A stretch of DNA of 64,000 nucleotides from an uncultured delta proteobacterium (GTDB taxonomy: Bacteria > Desulfobacterota > Binatia > UBA9968). The notes under the pieces were generated by a model. It saw only the letters and a list, made by a program, of their open reading frames with translations. It was not told the DNA's origin and made no database searches. The translations under genes and the position numbers were made by a program. Shown here piece by piece: positions 1 to 10,696 of this stretch (the stretch's first letter is position 1; every line of letters starts with the position of its first letter). The stretch spans positions 1 to 64,000 of the forward strand of contig CAVYTU010000011.1 in assembly GCA_963771465.1 (NCBI GenBank), written 5' to 3'.

Positions 1-362
1 TTTTTTTCTCCGGCCTTTCGTTCAGTTCAGGTATTGCTAAGATGCCGGGGCTCGATCCGTCGACCTATCCACCGGGCACGGAGACCGAGGCAGACAGCCG
101 CGCTCGACTTCGGCGTTGCTCATAAACGCCGTACGGCCGTGGCCCTATACGCCGGTGTCGCTGCCTAAAAAAGAGTTCATGGACCGGTCCGAACAGATTG
201 GGAGGAACTCTGACTGCCGCCGCTTAAAACCGCGCACGCCGTGGTACGGCTACAGCCTCGGTGCCTGGACGAAAGGAGGAAGAAGACGAGGCGGATTTGG
301 CGGTTAAGGGCGATTATTTTGAGACCGGTAAGAAGCAGATCGGAGCGCGACGGAGGGTCTAG
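1..362 (+). CDS. 3' end of a UbiD-family (prFMN-dependent) decarboxylase, partial, with indels
   Basis: Joining frames gives GLDPS...LINAVRPWPYTPVSLPKKEFMDR...LPPLKPRTPWYGYSLGAWT..EEDEADLAVKGDYFETG, stop TAG at 360-362. This resembles UbiD-family C-termini. Confidence 0.6.
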
Positions 363-495
363 GGATCATGACGTTCAAACGTAAATGATGGTCAACCTGG
401 TGACTAAGTGAAACGGAGGCATGCGATGTGACTCGTTATCCGTATACAAAATACAAATTCAGTAGTGAGAAGAAATAATTTGCATGGAGGAAATC

Positions 496-936
496 ATGGA
501 AAATGTGAAAGGCTTTGAGTTGTTCGATATTAACCCTCAGCTGGTGTCCAGAGGCAAGAAGTCACACAGGTTGGCGCGCAATGATCAACTCGCGGTATCC
601 GTTCAAGTTGCCGCCGATGGAGGTGACACGAACATGCATTCTCACCCGCACACAGATTCCATCTGGATAGTTCTTGACGGTGAAGCCACCTTCTACGCAG
701 CGGCGCAAGGAGGAAGTGACAAAATCGCTGCTAAGATGGAAAAAAATCAAGGCCTTTTGTTGAAACGAGGAACTCCATATTGGTTCGAGAGCAGTGGAAA
801 AACCCCGCTTGTTATTATTCATGTCGCGGCGAGTGATCGCAACGCAATAAACGAAAAAGACCGAGTCGACTTCAGACCACGCCCGGGTCGGGTCGGAAGG
901 GGCCGTAGTTTTAGAGGTAAATATTTTGGGCAGTAA
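496..936 (+). CDS. Cupin domain protein
   Basis: GGAGG RBS before ATG 496; cupin motif 1 MHSHPHTDSIWIVLDGEA and motif 2 GTPYWFES. Confidence 0.85.
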   Translation: MENVKGFELFDINPQLVSRGKKSHRLARNDQLAVSVQVAADGGDTNMHSHPHTDSIWIVLDGEATFYAAAQGGSDKIAAKMEKNQGLLLKRGTPYWFESSGKTPLVIIHVAASDRNAINEKDRVDFRPRPGRVGRGRSFRGKYFGQ

Positions 937-1156
937 AAAGTAACTAACTCACTTGGTGAGCGTACTAGACATCTCAGGATGAGCTCGGCACACGTACGTC
1001 CCGGTAACAGCCGGCAAAATCGGTGAGGGTACGATCTAGCGATTGGTATGGTGTGCGGCACTCAATGCTAGAAATAACGTCCAGACTTATAGATTGCTTG
1101 AGGCGACTTACAAACGTGAAGAGATCAAACGACTAGAAATGCAAAAGGAGATCAAC

Positions 1157-1949
1157 GTGACGCAGCCGCAAGAACCGAAACCAGGAGAAAAGTTGACCGC
1201 GGAGCAAGCTAAAGCATATGTGGATTACCTTTATTCGAAACTTTACAAGGTGTGGCACGAAAAGGTCCATAATGGCGCTTTCATGACCCAACTCCGCGCT
1301 GGCAAACTACCCATGCCGGTGATTAGGCAGTTCTTTAAAAACTGGGGTCATTTTTCGATGGAAGTTAACGCACTAAATGCCGTGTCTTATTACACGCATC
1401 TCCCATTTTTCGTCCGGAACTTCGATCTCTTGGGAACCTTTTGCGCCAAAATTGCCGACGAATTGATTTCGCCTCGGTCTCCCGGGCACGTATTGGTGCT
1501 GCTGGAAACGGCCGAGGTTATGAAATCAGCCGTAAAGAAGTCTTAGAGGATCCGTATTTGCCGGCTGCCCGGGCCATCAACGAATTCCTGTCACAAGATT
1601 TTTATCGATGGTTCCATCGTCGAGCTTTGGGGACTGCACGTTTTCGAAGAATCGTTGTCGCATTGGTCGGGTGAATGGTACACCGCGCTAACGACTCATT
1701 ACGGCTTTACTAAGAAAACAGGCGATTTATTTTTCTACTCATGAAGAAGCAGATATGGACACGCATCAGTTAGGTGAAGCCGGCGAGGAAACAATGGGGC
1801 ACGGCGCGTTCAACCGTACGGTCCTGCAACGTGCCCTACAGGAGGGTGTGGAGCTTCATGCTGGTTATTCTATGGAGTACTGTGCTCTGACGATGGTAGA
1901 TCTACACGCTCAAATGAAGCAAGCGGCGATCGACAATCCGTATTCTTGA
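1157..1949 (+). CDS. Heme-oxygenase-like (TenA/PqqC/CADD superfamily) putative iron enzyme, split by indels
   Basis: AAGGAG RBS then GTG 1157. ORF pieces 1043-1546, 1441-1674 and 1755-1949 join into one helical protein with F..QL.AGKL, DE...GH, FEE and THEEAD...H motifs. Confidence 0.65.
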
Positions 1950-2167
1950 TTGACGTGCAGTCATAGTGCCGCATCTCAGATAATGCGAGTCATCTCCCAA
2001 TAAGTCCTCTACACATTGTTGACTGGAACAAGCCTATCGTTGGATTGCGAATTACGACGGCATCGGTGATGGATCTAATAGATGAACATGAACCAATTTG
2101 CCTAGAAGAGACGGCAACATCGAAGCCTTCCCTTCTGCAAAAGGGGCAAATGGAATCGGAGGTCCAG

Positions 2168-3295
2168 ATGAAGTTAAGTTCCTTGTCGGTATTTGTGTTG
2201 ATTACCCTGCTAGGATATTTGCCTACATGCCCTCCAGCTTATTCTGCGACGTCAAGCCCCGCGCTACTTTAAAGCCAAGCAACAGGCGGAATCGAAAGCG
2301 TACATTTTCCTCACTAGCCATGATGAATTAGTTGAAAAGGCCAAAAAGGAAGGCAAACTCCGAGTCCTTTCTGCCCAAGAGCCAATCTCCACCAAGGCCA
2401 TGGTTATCGCCTTTAATAGAAAATATCCTTTCATTGAAGTTAACGTCGAAGAAGTCACTGCACTGGGTACCTACCAACGCATACTACAAGAATTGAAGGC
2501 GGGCCTGGCTAAGAATTGGGATGTGAACTATCTGGCCTGGGACTCTTACGCTGAATACCTGCCTCACCTGAAAAAATTCGACATCCTCGGTATGGCAGAA
2601 CACGGAGTGGTTCAAATTCCGAGCAAGATGATAGATCCCGTTCACCGGCACGTAGTTGCGCTACAATCCAATGTACACATCGTCGCATACAACAGGGAGC
2701 TTATTTCACACGACAAGGTTCCGAATAAATGGGAGGACTTTCTTAAACCGGAACTCCAAGGAAAGAAATTTGGTCTGGATGTTCGAGCCAAGGCACTTCC
2801 CGCTCTGGTGCCTGTTTGGGGACTGAGAGAAGGTGCTCGATATGGCTCGGAAACTAGCAGCCCAAAATCCTATTTGGTATCAGGGGGAGACACGGGTGCG
2901 TGCTCAGTTGGCAGTGGGAGAGATTAACCTGTTACACGGTCCCAACTATAAAGGAGTGATAAGACAGCAGAAGAAGGACGTAAGAAAAGTTATAGAATAC
3001 AAAGTAACGGAACCGATCCCGGCGAGACTTTCTGAGGCTGAAGCTATTCTTGCTGCGGCTGCTAATCCCCATGCCGCTCTTTTGTGGTTGGAGTTTCAAT
3101 CTGGGCGCGAAGGACAAAGAATTTTAGATGACACGGACATAGCTGCATCGATCTTTAGTCCTGGTTCAGTTCACGAGCAGCTAACTCGCGGCAAAAAAGT
3201 TTTCTACCGTTGGCTGGGACCATTTCCAGAGAATGGGCGAATACGAAAAGAAAATAGTGGAAGCTTTAGGCTTCCCGAGGGAAGAAACCAAGTGA
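2168..3295 (+). CDS. ABC transporter extracellular solute-binding protein (Fe3+/polyamine-like family), split by indels
   Basis: Signal peptide MKLSSLSVFVLITLLG; AKKEGKL, AF..KYPFI, AYN..L...VP..WEDFLKPE, NPHAALLWLEF; corrected stop TGA at 3293-3295. Confidence 0.8.
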
Positions 3296-3383
3296 ACCGA
3301 AAATAGTCCCTGCAATCGGATGGAAAGCTCGGTGCAAGCGTTACTTCGACGGGGTTAAATATTGTCAGGGTACGTGACGAGGC

Positions 3384-4733
3384 ATGAACATGAACAGTAA
3401 TACGGAGGCCATTGCGAGCTTCGTCGCAACGCTAGACTACGACGCCATTCCAAAGGAAGCTGTGGAGCGGACCAAGCGCCAACTCCTCGACGTCATCGGA
3501 GTGGCACTGGCGGGAAGCACCCAGCCAGTAGGCAAGCTGGCAGCGAGCTTTCTCGAGAAGACCGGAGGCACTCCTAACTGCACGGTTTGGGGGACAAACC
3601 TGCGTTCGTCGGCGCCGCAGGTAGCTTTTGTTAATGGCATCTTCTCTCACGCCCTCGACTACGACGACATGATGCTGCCTGGAGGCCACCCTTCGGGGGT
3701 GATTTCTCCCGCAACCTTCGCAGTAGCCGAAACCCTCCGTTCCTCAGGACGAAAGTTGCTAGTCGCCCAGTTGGCAGGCTATGAGGTCATGGGAAAACTC
3801 TATTCTTGTACGGGCGCACGTGGGGGCTGGCATCCTACATCTGTATTTGGAACTTTTGGCGCTACAGCGGCTGCAGGCAAGTTGTTGGATTTGGATCCCG
3901 TGAAACTGCAAATGGCGTTCGGGATTGCTGCCTCTGAAGCCAGCGGCATCGGAGCCAATATCGGAACAATGACAAAGCCGTTTCACTCGGGACACGGAGC
4001 ACGGAACGGTGTAGTAGCAGCGATGCTCGCTGCCGACGGATTCTCAGCGAGTCCGAACGTCTTCGACGCGGCTTTCTTTGAGACCTTCTACGGTGCTCGC
4101 CCAGCCAATGACTGGCAGCTCACCATGTTTCTTGGCAACCCTTACCATATCATCACTCCTGGAATCGGCGTAAAAATGTACCCCAGTGGTTACTACCTAC
4201 ATCTCAGTTTTGAAGCCACGCTAGCCCTAGTAAAGCAGTACAACATCACTGTCGACGATATCAGCTCCGTCGAGGTAGTCGTAACTCGCCGTGGTCACTT
4301 TGATCGACCCGTCATCCGCACGGGCCTGGAAGGCAAATTCAGCCATCAGTATCACGTAGCGCTGGCGGTGTTGGACCGAAAAGCAACCATTGAAAGCTTT
4401 AATGATGAAAGAGCTTTGGCTTCCGACATTCAGGACTTCATGAGGAAAGTAAGCGTGGGCTTTGACCCGTTACTGCCAAAGAATCCGGACTTCCGCTATT
4501 ATCCGGTAAAGATCCGTTTGCACGACGGAAGAGAAGTGACTGCAGTACAACCGCTACCGCGTAGTCACTGGAAGTATCCCTTGCCTCGCTCTGAATGGGT
4601 TGAAAAGTTTCGCGACAACGCAGGCAGGGTGCTCAAAGAACAAGATGTGGAACGGGTTGTAGAACTGGTAGACAATCTCGAGGATCTCTCCGACACGCGA
4701 CTTCTAACTGAGGCGCTAACTCTTCGCGGCTAA
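3384..4733 (+). CDS. MmgE/PrpD family protein
   Basis: LLDVIGVALAG, NG..SHALDYDD, GHPS, GWHPT, TMTKPFHSG, KFS motifs. Confidence 0.92.
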   Translation: MNMNSNTEAIASFVATLDYDAIPKEAVERTKRQLLDVIGVALAGSTQPVGKLAASFLEKTGGTPNCTVWGTNLRSSAPQVAFVNGIFSHALDYDDMMLPGGHPSGVISPATFAVAETLRSSGRKLLVAQLAGYEVMGKLYSCTGARGGWHPTSVFGTFGATAAAGKLLDLDPVKLQMAFGIAASEASGIGANIGTMTKPFHSGHGARNGVVAAMLAADGFSASPNVFDAAFFETFYGARPANDWQLTMFLGNPYHIITPGIGVKMYPSGYYLHLSFEATLALVKQYNITVDDISSVEVVVTRRGHFDRPVIRTGLEGKFSHQYHVALAVLDRKATIESFNDERALASDIQDFMRKVSVGFDPLLPKNPDFRYYPVKIRLHDGREVTAVQPLPRSHWKYPLPRSEWVEKFRDNAGRVLKEQDVERVVELVDNLEDLSDTRLLTEALTLRG

Positions 4734-5117
4734 ACGGAAACAAAGCCTGAGCTGGGAGGTGGCGCATGATCTGGATTTTACATATTGCCGTTCATGGAGA
4801 AACTATGCAGCGTTTTCGCCTCTCAATGTCTTCGACGATGAAGAGAGCGACCCGGACAAGCATGACTACTCGGAGTTGCGATGTCTCGATCACCCGTTAG
4901 TCTTTTCGGCCACGACACTGGTCACGATAGGCTACTTCATCGCCGGTGTGATTCCTCGCTGACCATTCGAACTGGAAATAATGCGCTCTTTCGGCTCAGA
5001 AATGCTGCACCGGATAATACGACCCTTGTTTCGGCGACCTCGCGAATCCTTGAGACTCTTTCCAAGAGGTTAAATTTTTTGCAAGTGATATGTTAGCTGG
5101 TCCGGCAAGCCGCACGA

Positions 5118-5243
5118 GCCGAGTTTCAAGAGATCGTGAGACTAATACGTGATGAAGATCGGCTTTTGACAATAGATCAAGTGGCGCAGCGATTGTCGGT
5201 TTCGAGGGATTGGGTCTAGCGCAACGGAAAGAATTTAAGCTTC
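5118..5243 (+). pseudogene. Remnant of an excisionase-like helix-turn-helix protein
   Basis: Translates EDRLLTIDQVAQRLSVSRDWV*RNGKNLSF; in-frame TAG at 5217-5219 where Tyr is expected; no intact start. Confidence 0.55.
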
Positions 5244-5377
5244 AGCAGAACCTCCTTTCTAGCGCGTCGTCGCGCTGCGCGGCTTACAACACAATCCTGT
5301 GCTCGAACTACTACATCGTCCTGATAACTACGTGGAGTCGAATCCGCCCGCTGTCTGCCGCACTACACGGTGCCGAT

Positions 5378-5866
5378 CTAAACCTTGACCCCGAGGGCCG
5401 TGGACAGTTCTTTGATCGTCGCAGCTTCTTGCTCGCTCACTTGCGTGCCGCCGAAGCCAAGGAAGCCTCCTTCCTTGGCGGCTTCAGAGACTTTCTGGGC
5501 CACGGAAACCAGCCATTGGTTGAACCCCTGAGCCTCAGGCTTGGCCTTCTTCTCAATGAGCGCAGTGACATGCCGCAAGCTCTCGATCGCGTAGCTTTTG
5601 ACCTGATCGGGCGACTTGCCTTGCAGTTCAGACGGAGCTGATTGTTCGCGGGCTCCGGTCTCAAGATCGGACACGAGGGCTTTCACCAATTCGTTGGATG
5701 CCCCCTGGGTCTTGACCTCGGCCAGCATTTTGCCGACTGCGAACATTTCTTTGATCACTCCGAATGGCCCGCTCGGGCTGGCCGCAACCACAGCCAGACC
5801 TGCCATGAAAGGGGCACGCCGGATTTGATTCCACTCGTCGGCCGTGAAATCTGCTTTCGTCGCCAT
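5378..5866 (-). CDS. Conserved hypothetical protein
   Basis: GGAGGT RBS; MATKADFTADEW...VAEA/SEAAKEGGFLGFGG..VS..E type sequence. Confidence 0.8.
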   Translation of the reverse strand: MATKADFTADEWNQIRRAPFMAGLAVVAASPSGPFGVIKEMFAVGKMLAEVKTQGASNELVKALVSDLETGAREQSAPSELQGKSPDQVKSYAIESLRHVTALIEKKAKPEAQGFNQWLVSVAQKVSEAAKEGGFLGFGGTQVSEQEAATIKELSTALGVKV

Positions 5867-6049
5867 ACCTACCTCCATTGTGATTACCCTCTATTTCGTG
5901 TCCTGTGGAGCTGCTGATGTTATCTCCGCTTATGAAGAGTCGTATCGCTGTGGTTTTCCACCTCCATCGGGATTTCTCGGATTTTGGGGTTCTAAATACC
6001 TTACGGCAGAAAGGAGCTGGACGTGTACCCCGCGATTGCGCTAAGAGGC

Positions 6050-6570
6050 TTTTTATTCGCTCGTTGTTTCATGTTGGTCGCGGCGATGAATCCCTGCGTC
6101 TGCGGCTTCCTCACCGATCCGCAGAAGGAATGCACTTGCACTCCGCTACAGATTCAACGCTATCGCTCCAAAGTCTTGGGCCCTCTCCTAGATCGAATCG
6201 ATATTCATGGCGAAGTGCCGGCTCTGCGTTGTCAAGAATTAGCCAGCAAAGACGCCGGGGAGTCCTCCGATGGTCATTCGCATGCGAGTCAATACCGCTC
6301 GATCCATTCAGTTGCAGCGATTAGAGAAAACAAAAGTTCACGCCAACGCAGATGGGCACTAGTGAAATCAAACGCTTCTGCTCAGTGAAAGAAGACGCGG
6401 AGAAATTACTGGAGACAGCCATCAACAAACTCGGCTTGAGCGCGAGAGCCTACAGTCGAGTTCTAAAAGTCGGCCGCACCATCACCGATCTCGCCGGCGC
6501 GGAAAACATCGAAGCCTCGCACATCGCCGAAGCGATTCAAATACCGAAGCTTGGGTCGGAGAATGGGTAA
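6050..6570 (+). pseudogene. comM: 3' fragment of ComM/YifB Mg-chelatase-like AAA ATPase
   Basis: [48 protein letters not shown]. The N-terminal part including the Walker motifs is absent; frameshifts and non-conservative changes are present. Confidence 0.85.
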
Positions 6571-6814
6571 CTCGACCCCTATTCCAATCTCACCACTGAA
6601 GTGAGAGTCTCTGACGAGTTCCGCGAGCGGATTGACATCATAGACCGCACCAGTGGCACGGCCTACCCAGGCGGTGTCACTTGTGGCGCCCATATTTCGG
6701 TAAGGCTTCACTGGTTAGGGCGCAAGTAGCATGGCGAGACAATATGCCACTTGTTTTCCTGCTTTCTGCACCGCCGCTAGACACTGTTATCCAAGGGCGC
6801 TGGAGTCGCAATCT

Positions 6815-7642
6815 GTGGCTAAGATCCTGGTGATAATTCTGCTTTGGCTTGCGGCGGCGGGATGTACTGCGGCGCTTACTGACGTCACGACTGTCAGTGG
6901 TCCGGGTCGATATGAAGTCAGCTTTGCAGGTTCCGGCGTGACCCTCGGCGGGATCCTCTTCCGTCCCGCTAGCACATCGAAACCGCTGCCAGCGATCATT
7001 GTACTACACGGGTGGGCTCGACCCGGCGTGCCGGGCGCTGCGCGAGTGGCGGGCACGGCGCGTCGGCTTTCGGAACAAGGCTATGTGGCGCTGGCGCTGT
7101 CAATGCGCGGATGGCCGCCCTCCAGCGGATGGGACGACTGCGGAACGGCGCAGCCCGACGATGTCACGAAAGCTGCAGATTGGCTGGCAACGCTTCCCGG
7201 CGTTGATGGCGATTCCATTGGCGTGTTGGGGTTTTCTCTGGGCGGTCAAGTGGCGTTACTCTCCGGCGCTCGAAGCGGTAGAATCAAAGCCATCATCGCG
7301 TATTTCCCGATCACCGATGTTCAACGTTGGGGGGATACGACGAGCAACTCGGGAATTCGTTACTTCTATGTTCCGCTAGTGTGCGGAACCGGCAATCAGA
7401 ACTCGCCCGTCCATGTTGCAGACCAGATCCACGCTCCGGTCCTGCTGATTCACGGCGACCGTGACACAGAGGTCCCAACTGAACAGAGCCTGAAGATGCA
7501 AGAAGCGCTTCGAAAAACTGATGGGCACGTCGAGTTGCTGGTCATCGCTGGGGGAGATCATGGCTTCAAGGGCGAACAAGATAAGCAGGCATGGTCCGCG
7601 GTGACAAAGTTCTTGAGCCTGCACCTAGGATCTCGCGAATGA
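6815..7642 (+). CDS. Secreted/lipoprotein alpha/beta hydrolase (dienelactone hydrolase / peptidase S9-like)
   Basis: Lipobox-like LAAAGC; nucleophile GFSLGG; LLIHGDRD..VP; GGDHGF. Confidence 0.85.
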   Translation: MAKILVIILLWLAAAGCTAALTDVTTVSGPGRYEVSFAGSGVTLGGILFRPASTSKPLPAIIVLHGWARPGVPGAARVAGTARRLSEQGYVALALSMRGWPPSSGWDDCGTAQPDDVTKAADWLATLPGVDGDSIGVLGFSLGGQVALLSGARSGRIKAIIAYFPITDVQRWGDTTSNSGIRYFYVPLVCGTGNQNSPVHVADQIHAPVLLIHGDRDTEVPTEQSLKMQEALRKTDGHVELLVIAGGDHGFKGEQDKQAWSAVTKFLSLHLGSRE

Positions 7643-7831
7643 TCGCTGACGATGAAATTCGTAGCGGCGAGCCGCTCGAGTCTTTTATCAGTGAAAAGCC
7701 GGAAGCATGTCCGCCTTTTGTCCGCGTACCAGAAACAACAAGCCCCAAGAACTGCCGGTATAGGCAGCGCTCGGGGCTTGTTTTTGTTGGGCGTCACGGC
7801 CGCGTCTAGGTTTTAGTCACGATTGATTTTC

Positions 7832-7878
7832 GAATGGCATTCAAGAGGTCGAGGGTTCGATTCCCTTCGGCTCCACCA
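7832..7878 (+). tRNA. 3' fragment of tRNA-Ala(GGC), not a complete gene; probable att site
   Basis: GA-ATGGCAT-TCAAG-AGGTC-GAGGG-TTCGATT-CCCTT-CGGCTCC-ACCA = anticodon loop (GGC), T-arm, acceptor 3' strand and CCA. No D-arm or 5' acceptor strand upstream. Confidence 0.85.
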
Positions 7879-7883
7879 AATTT

Positions 7884-8192
7884 TCACTCCAACACGACCC
7901 GTGTCCGATCCGTGCCTGATCTCGCGAAATCTACCTGTCCTGAAGTGTACTCGCTTAACTTGAAACTCCACGCGATGCGATGATTCGGAATTTGCTCAGT
8001 GATCTGGGCAGTCCATTTCTTTTCTTCGCCCGTATTTTCAACCCGCCAGCGAAGCCGCTGATCGTCTTGATCGTCAAGCTGTCGGACTTCTTTCACGCCT
8101 TCTATGAATCTGGGAAATTCTTCGAACTGTGTCCATTGATGTAGACACGATTGAACGGGCAATTCACTTCAAGTGATTTTTTTACCTGCCAT
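7884..8192 (-). pseudogene. SRPBCC / polyketide cyclase family protein, degraded and truncated
   Basis: AGGAGG RBS and ATG at 8192, early disruption; QWTQFEEFPRF.EGVKEVRQLDD...W.A.ITEQIP..RIAW; ends 5 bp from the tRNA fragment. Confidence 0.7.
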
Positions 8193-9290
8193 CGGAAGAA
8201 TCCTCCTGTTAAGCGGCACTTTCAACCGCGAAAAAGGAACAAATAGTATGCCCTCGGTACCTCTGTGTTCTATTGCACTTCTCTGAAATAGGACATTCCT
8301 CCAAAGTCGGTAAAAGTCTTACTTTGTTGGCCCTACACATCAGAGAAAGGGCGTAATAGAAAAATGAAATATAAGTTTTTCTAAGTAATCTCTGTTGGCA
8401 CGCGCAATGCGAATGACTAGAAGCAAGATCTAAATCAGGAGCAAAACTCATGACTCGAGTATGTTGGAATGGTTACTTTGATAGGGCGCTGAATAGACTC
8501 ATCTCCCTCACGGCTCGATGTGCCGACACAAACATGGCTATCCAAACTGATCGAACACGGATCGTACATCGATACAGCAGTAAAAAATCTTTGCCTACGC
8601 CTCGAAGACGGAACAAGAGACGCTAAGGGGTGGCAAATCCTTTTAAGAAATTACTTCAGCTGTCGAAAAAATTGGACGAAACGTAATTTTCGCTTCGAGG
8701 CCCTCCTAATGAAAAGTGTTGTAGAATTCGAACCCCAGGAGTTTCTATGAGGGTTTACTGCTAATTCTTCTCACCAGTAACGCGTCCACCGGTGAGCGCG
8801 ATCTTCATACCTGGAAATGTCCCGCCACGCGCTGCGGATCTCCCGTCGGACTCCCACGAACCGGCGATTTCAGCCATCATGAATCGAATCGGCAATGAAC
8901 ACGTTTTCGTTGCCCTTTTCCCATTCGTCGACTCTGAAAGACGAGAACTAATCCACGTTCAACGCGCTCCCTCAAAACCAATCGGGCACCACATCTACAC
9001 GACCCACTACCTATCGGTAACTGCTCTCGGATCACTCGACATGGCAGTTAGGCCAGCGGCCTAAGATTCCGGGAGCTTTTTCCACAGCGCTTGCCGCGCG
9101 AAGATCAAAAGCAATAGTCGCCTACGATATAGGTGGCCTGCTTTGGCTCTCATGACTCGAATGTCAATCTTGGTGTCGCTTAGTTAGGACGCAAGTGATT
9201 TCCTAAATCCTTGGAAGAAAATAGCCTACAATAGTCGCCCTTCTTCTTATCTAATTTCCTTGAATCAAGAATTATTCAATACGTATCGTT

Positions 9291-9306
9291 TGGTATAGTG
9301 CTTGCT
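9291..9306 (+). promoter_or_regulatory. Putative sigma-54 promoter (-24/-12)
   Basis: TGGTATAGTGCTTGCT = GG-N10-GC with TTGC, about 35 bp before the ATG at 9342 (GGAGGT RBS), AT-rich upstream. Confidence 0.55.
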
Positions 9307-9341
9307 CTAGGTGAGGGAAAACGGGATCCGGAGGTATAAAG

Positions 9342-9749
9342 ATGTTTCACATAAACAAAACCTTGTCAGCCCGGGTCAACTTTACAACCTTCTTAGCGGT
9401 AGCGCTTTTACTCATCCCCTCCGCGCCGGCCAGCTTAGATGCCGTGCCGGATCCTGCGCATAATGGCGCTTTGACGTCGACCAATAAGCCGCGTTATTTG
9501 ACTGCGGTTATGTCAATGCCGTTAGTCGCCCATGGCACAGAACTGGGCACGGCGGTTATCTACGATGATTCGTCAACGGTCAGGTCTGAGGATTACATGG
9601 AGATTTACAACTGCGGAGGTGAGCTCATGGCCGTCGTCTGGTTCGATCGGTTCGGCATTCAACGTGTCGCTATCGACCGCGCAATTGCGGACGGAAAAGC
9701 TCAAGTCGAAGGGATTTTGATCGCCGTGGTCAACGGTGACTACGTTTGA
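9342..9749 (+). CDS. Hypothetical secreted protein
   Basis: GGAGGT RBS, hydrophobic signal-like N-terminus, 135-aa ORF. Confidence 0.7.
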   Translation: MFHINKTLSARVNFTTFLAVALLLIPSAPASLDAVPDPAHNGALTSTNKPRYLTAVMSMPLVAHGTELGTAVIYDDSSTVRSEDYMEIYNCGGELMAVVWFDRFGIQRVAIDRAIADGKAQVEGILIAVVNGDYV

Positions 9750-10006
9750 ACCAGCGGGACTTCGCCATTTCGTAGGCAGCAATATAAAATTGTCCTCGGC
9801 GGGATACTTGCAACCGCGGAGAAATTCCGGCCAGTCGGGATGACGGGAAGGTAATCGGATTGCTCGGGTAGCAGCGACCAAAGCGCCCGATGGTACCAGC
9901 AAAGTTCGTTACCTGTACTGTCACGATGTTGGCGAATGCCGTGCCGCAGCCTTTTCACTTCGACGACAAGTTGATCACGCGACATGCCTTCGAGATCAGC
10001 GTCCAT
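9740..10006 (-). CDS. Small hypothetical protein, probably frameshifted
   Basis: MDADLEGMSRDQLVVEVKRLR.GIR.HRDSTG.ELCW.H; continues in another frame as PDWPEFLRGC. Confidence 0.55.
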   Translation of the reverse strand: MDADLEGMSRDQLVVEVKRLRHGIRQHRDSTGNELCWYHRALWSLLPEQSDYLPVIPTGRNFSAVASIPPRTILYCCLRNGEVPLVQT

Positions 10007-10081
10007 ACGGCTTTCCTCTCAAACCTTTCGTTGAGCGCGTGCGCTCTTTGGCGCGTCCTCTGTCGAACGCGTTTTCGGGGC

Positions 10082-10423
10082 TCATCGTGCGAAAATAAAA
10101 ACCACCGCGCCGCAAAGTGAGATTGCAGACAACACAATCGCAACCAGGCAAATCAAGCGTACGTGTCGGAGCTTGGTTTCAGCGGTCGACGCAGCTTGTT
10201 CCAATGCCGCTACCGTGCTTTGAAGTTGAGCCGCCAGTTCTTTGATGTGCGCCGCGTTTTGCGAGGCTGCTGATTGCAGTTCTGTGATTTGTTGTTGCAG
10301 CAAAAGGGTCTGATTGGCGGCCGCATCAACCTTTTTCTTCGTGAAGACTGGCATGGCGGCCGAAATGATCGTCCCGACATGCGGTAGCACAGCTTTTAAC
10401 GCGGGAATTAACCACACGGCCAT
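10082..10423 (-). CDS. Hypothetical coiled-coil protein with C-terminal TM anchor
   Basis: Gln/Ala-rich coiled coil followed by a hydrophobic helix. Confidence 0.7.
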   Translation of the reverse strand: MAVWLIPALKAVLPHVGTIISAAMPVFTKKKVDAAANQTLLLQQQITELQSAASQNAAHIKELAAQLQSTVAALEQAASTAETKLRHVRLICLVAIVLSAISLCGAVVFIFAR

Positions 10424-10696
10424 ATATCGAGCCTAACTTTAAGGGAGCCGCTGTGGGCGCGACGAATGCCAGTCGGCTTATCTTACAGCCCAACTCGCAG
10501 TTCAAATTACAAATGTGTCGCAATATTGTCAACTTACCGACGCCGTCATAGAGCGCTGAAGAGCGTAGGCTAGTTCGTTGAAGCCATTCGCAAAATGTTT
10601 TCTAAACTGTCGAATTGAGGGCGACTCATACGACAAATCCATGTAGCCGTTAACAAACTCAGCGTATTAACCTATTTGAAACAAGGAGGAATGATC

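Noticed and set aside
5217-5219. In-frame TAG as pyrrolysine or recoding
   Set aside because: It lies in a truncated remnant, no pyl genes are present, and TAG is an ordinary stop in prfA, hslV and argD
7801-7878. Complete tRNA gene
   Set aside because: The 5' acceptor strand and D-arm are missing
8520-9064. ORFs 8520-8750 and 8792-9064
   Set aside because: No RBS, no recognisable motifs; probably non-coding or decayed DNA
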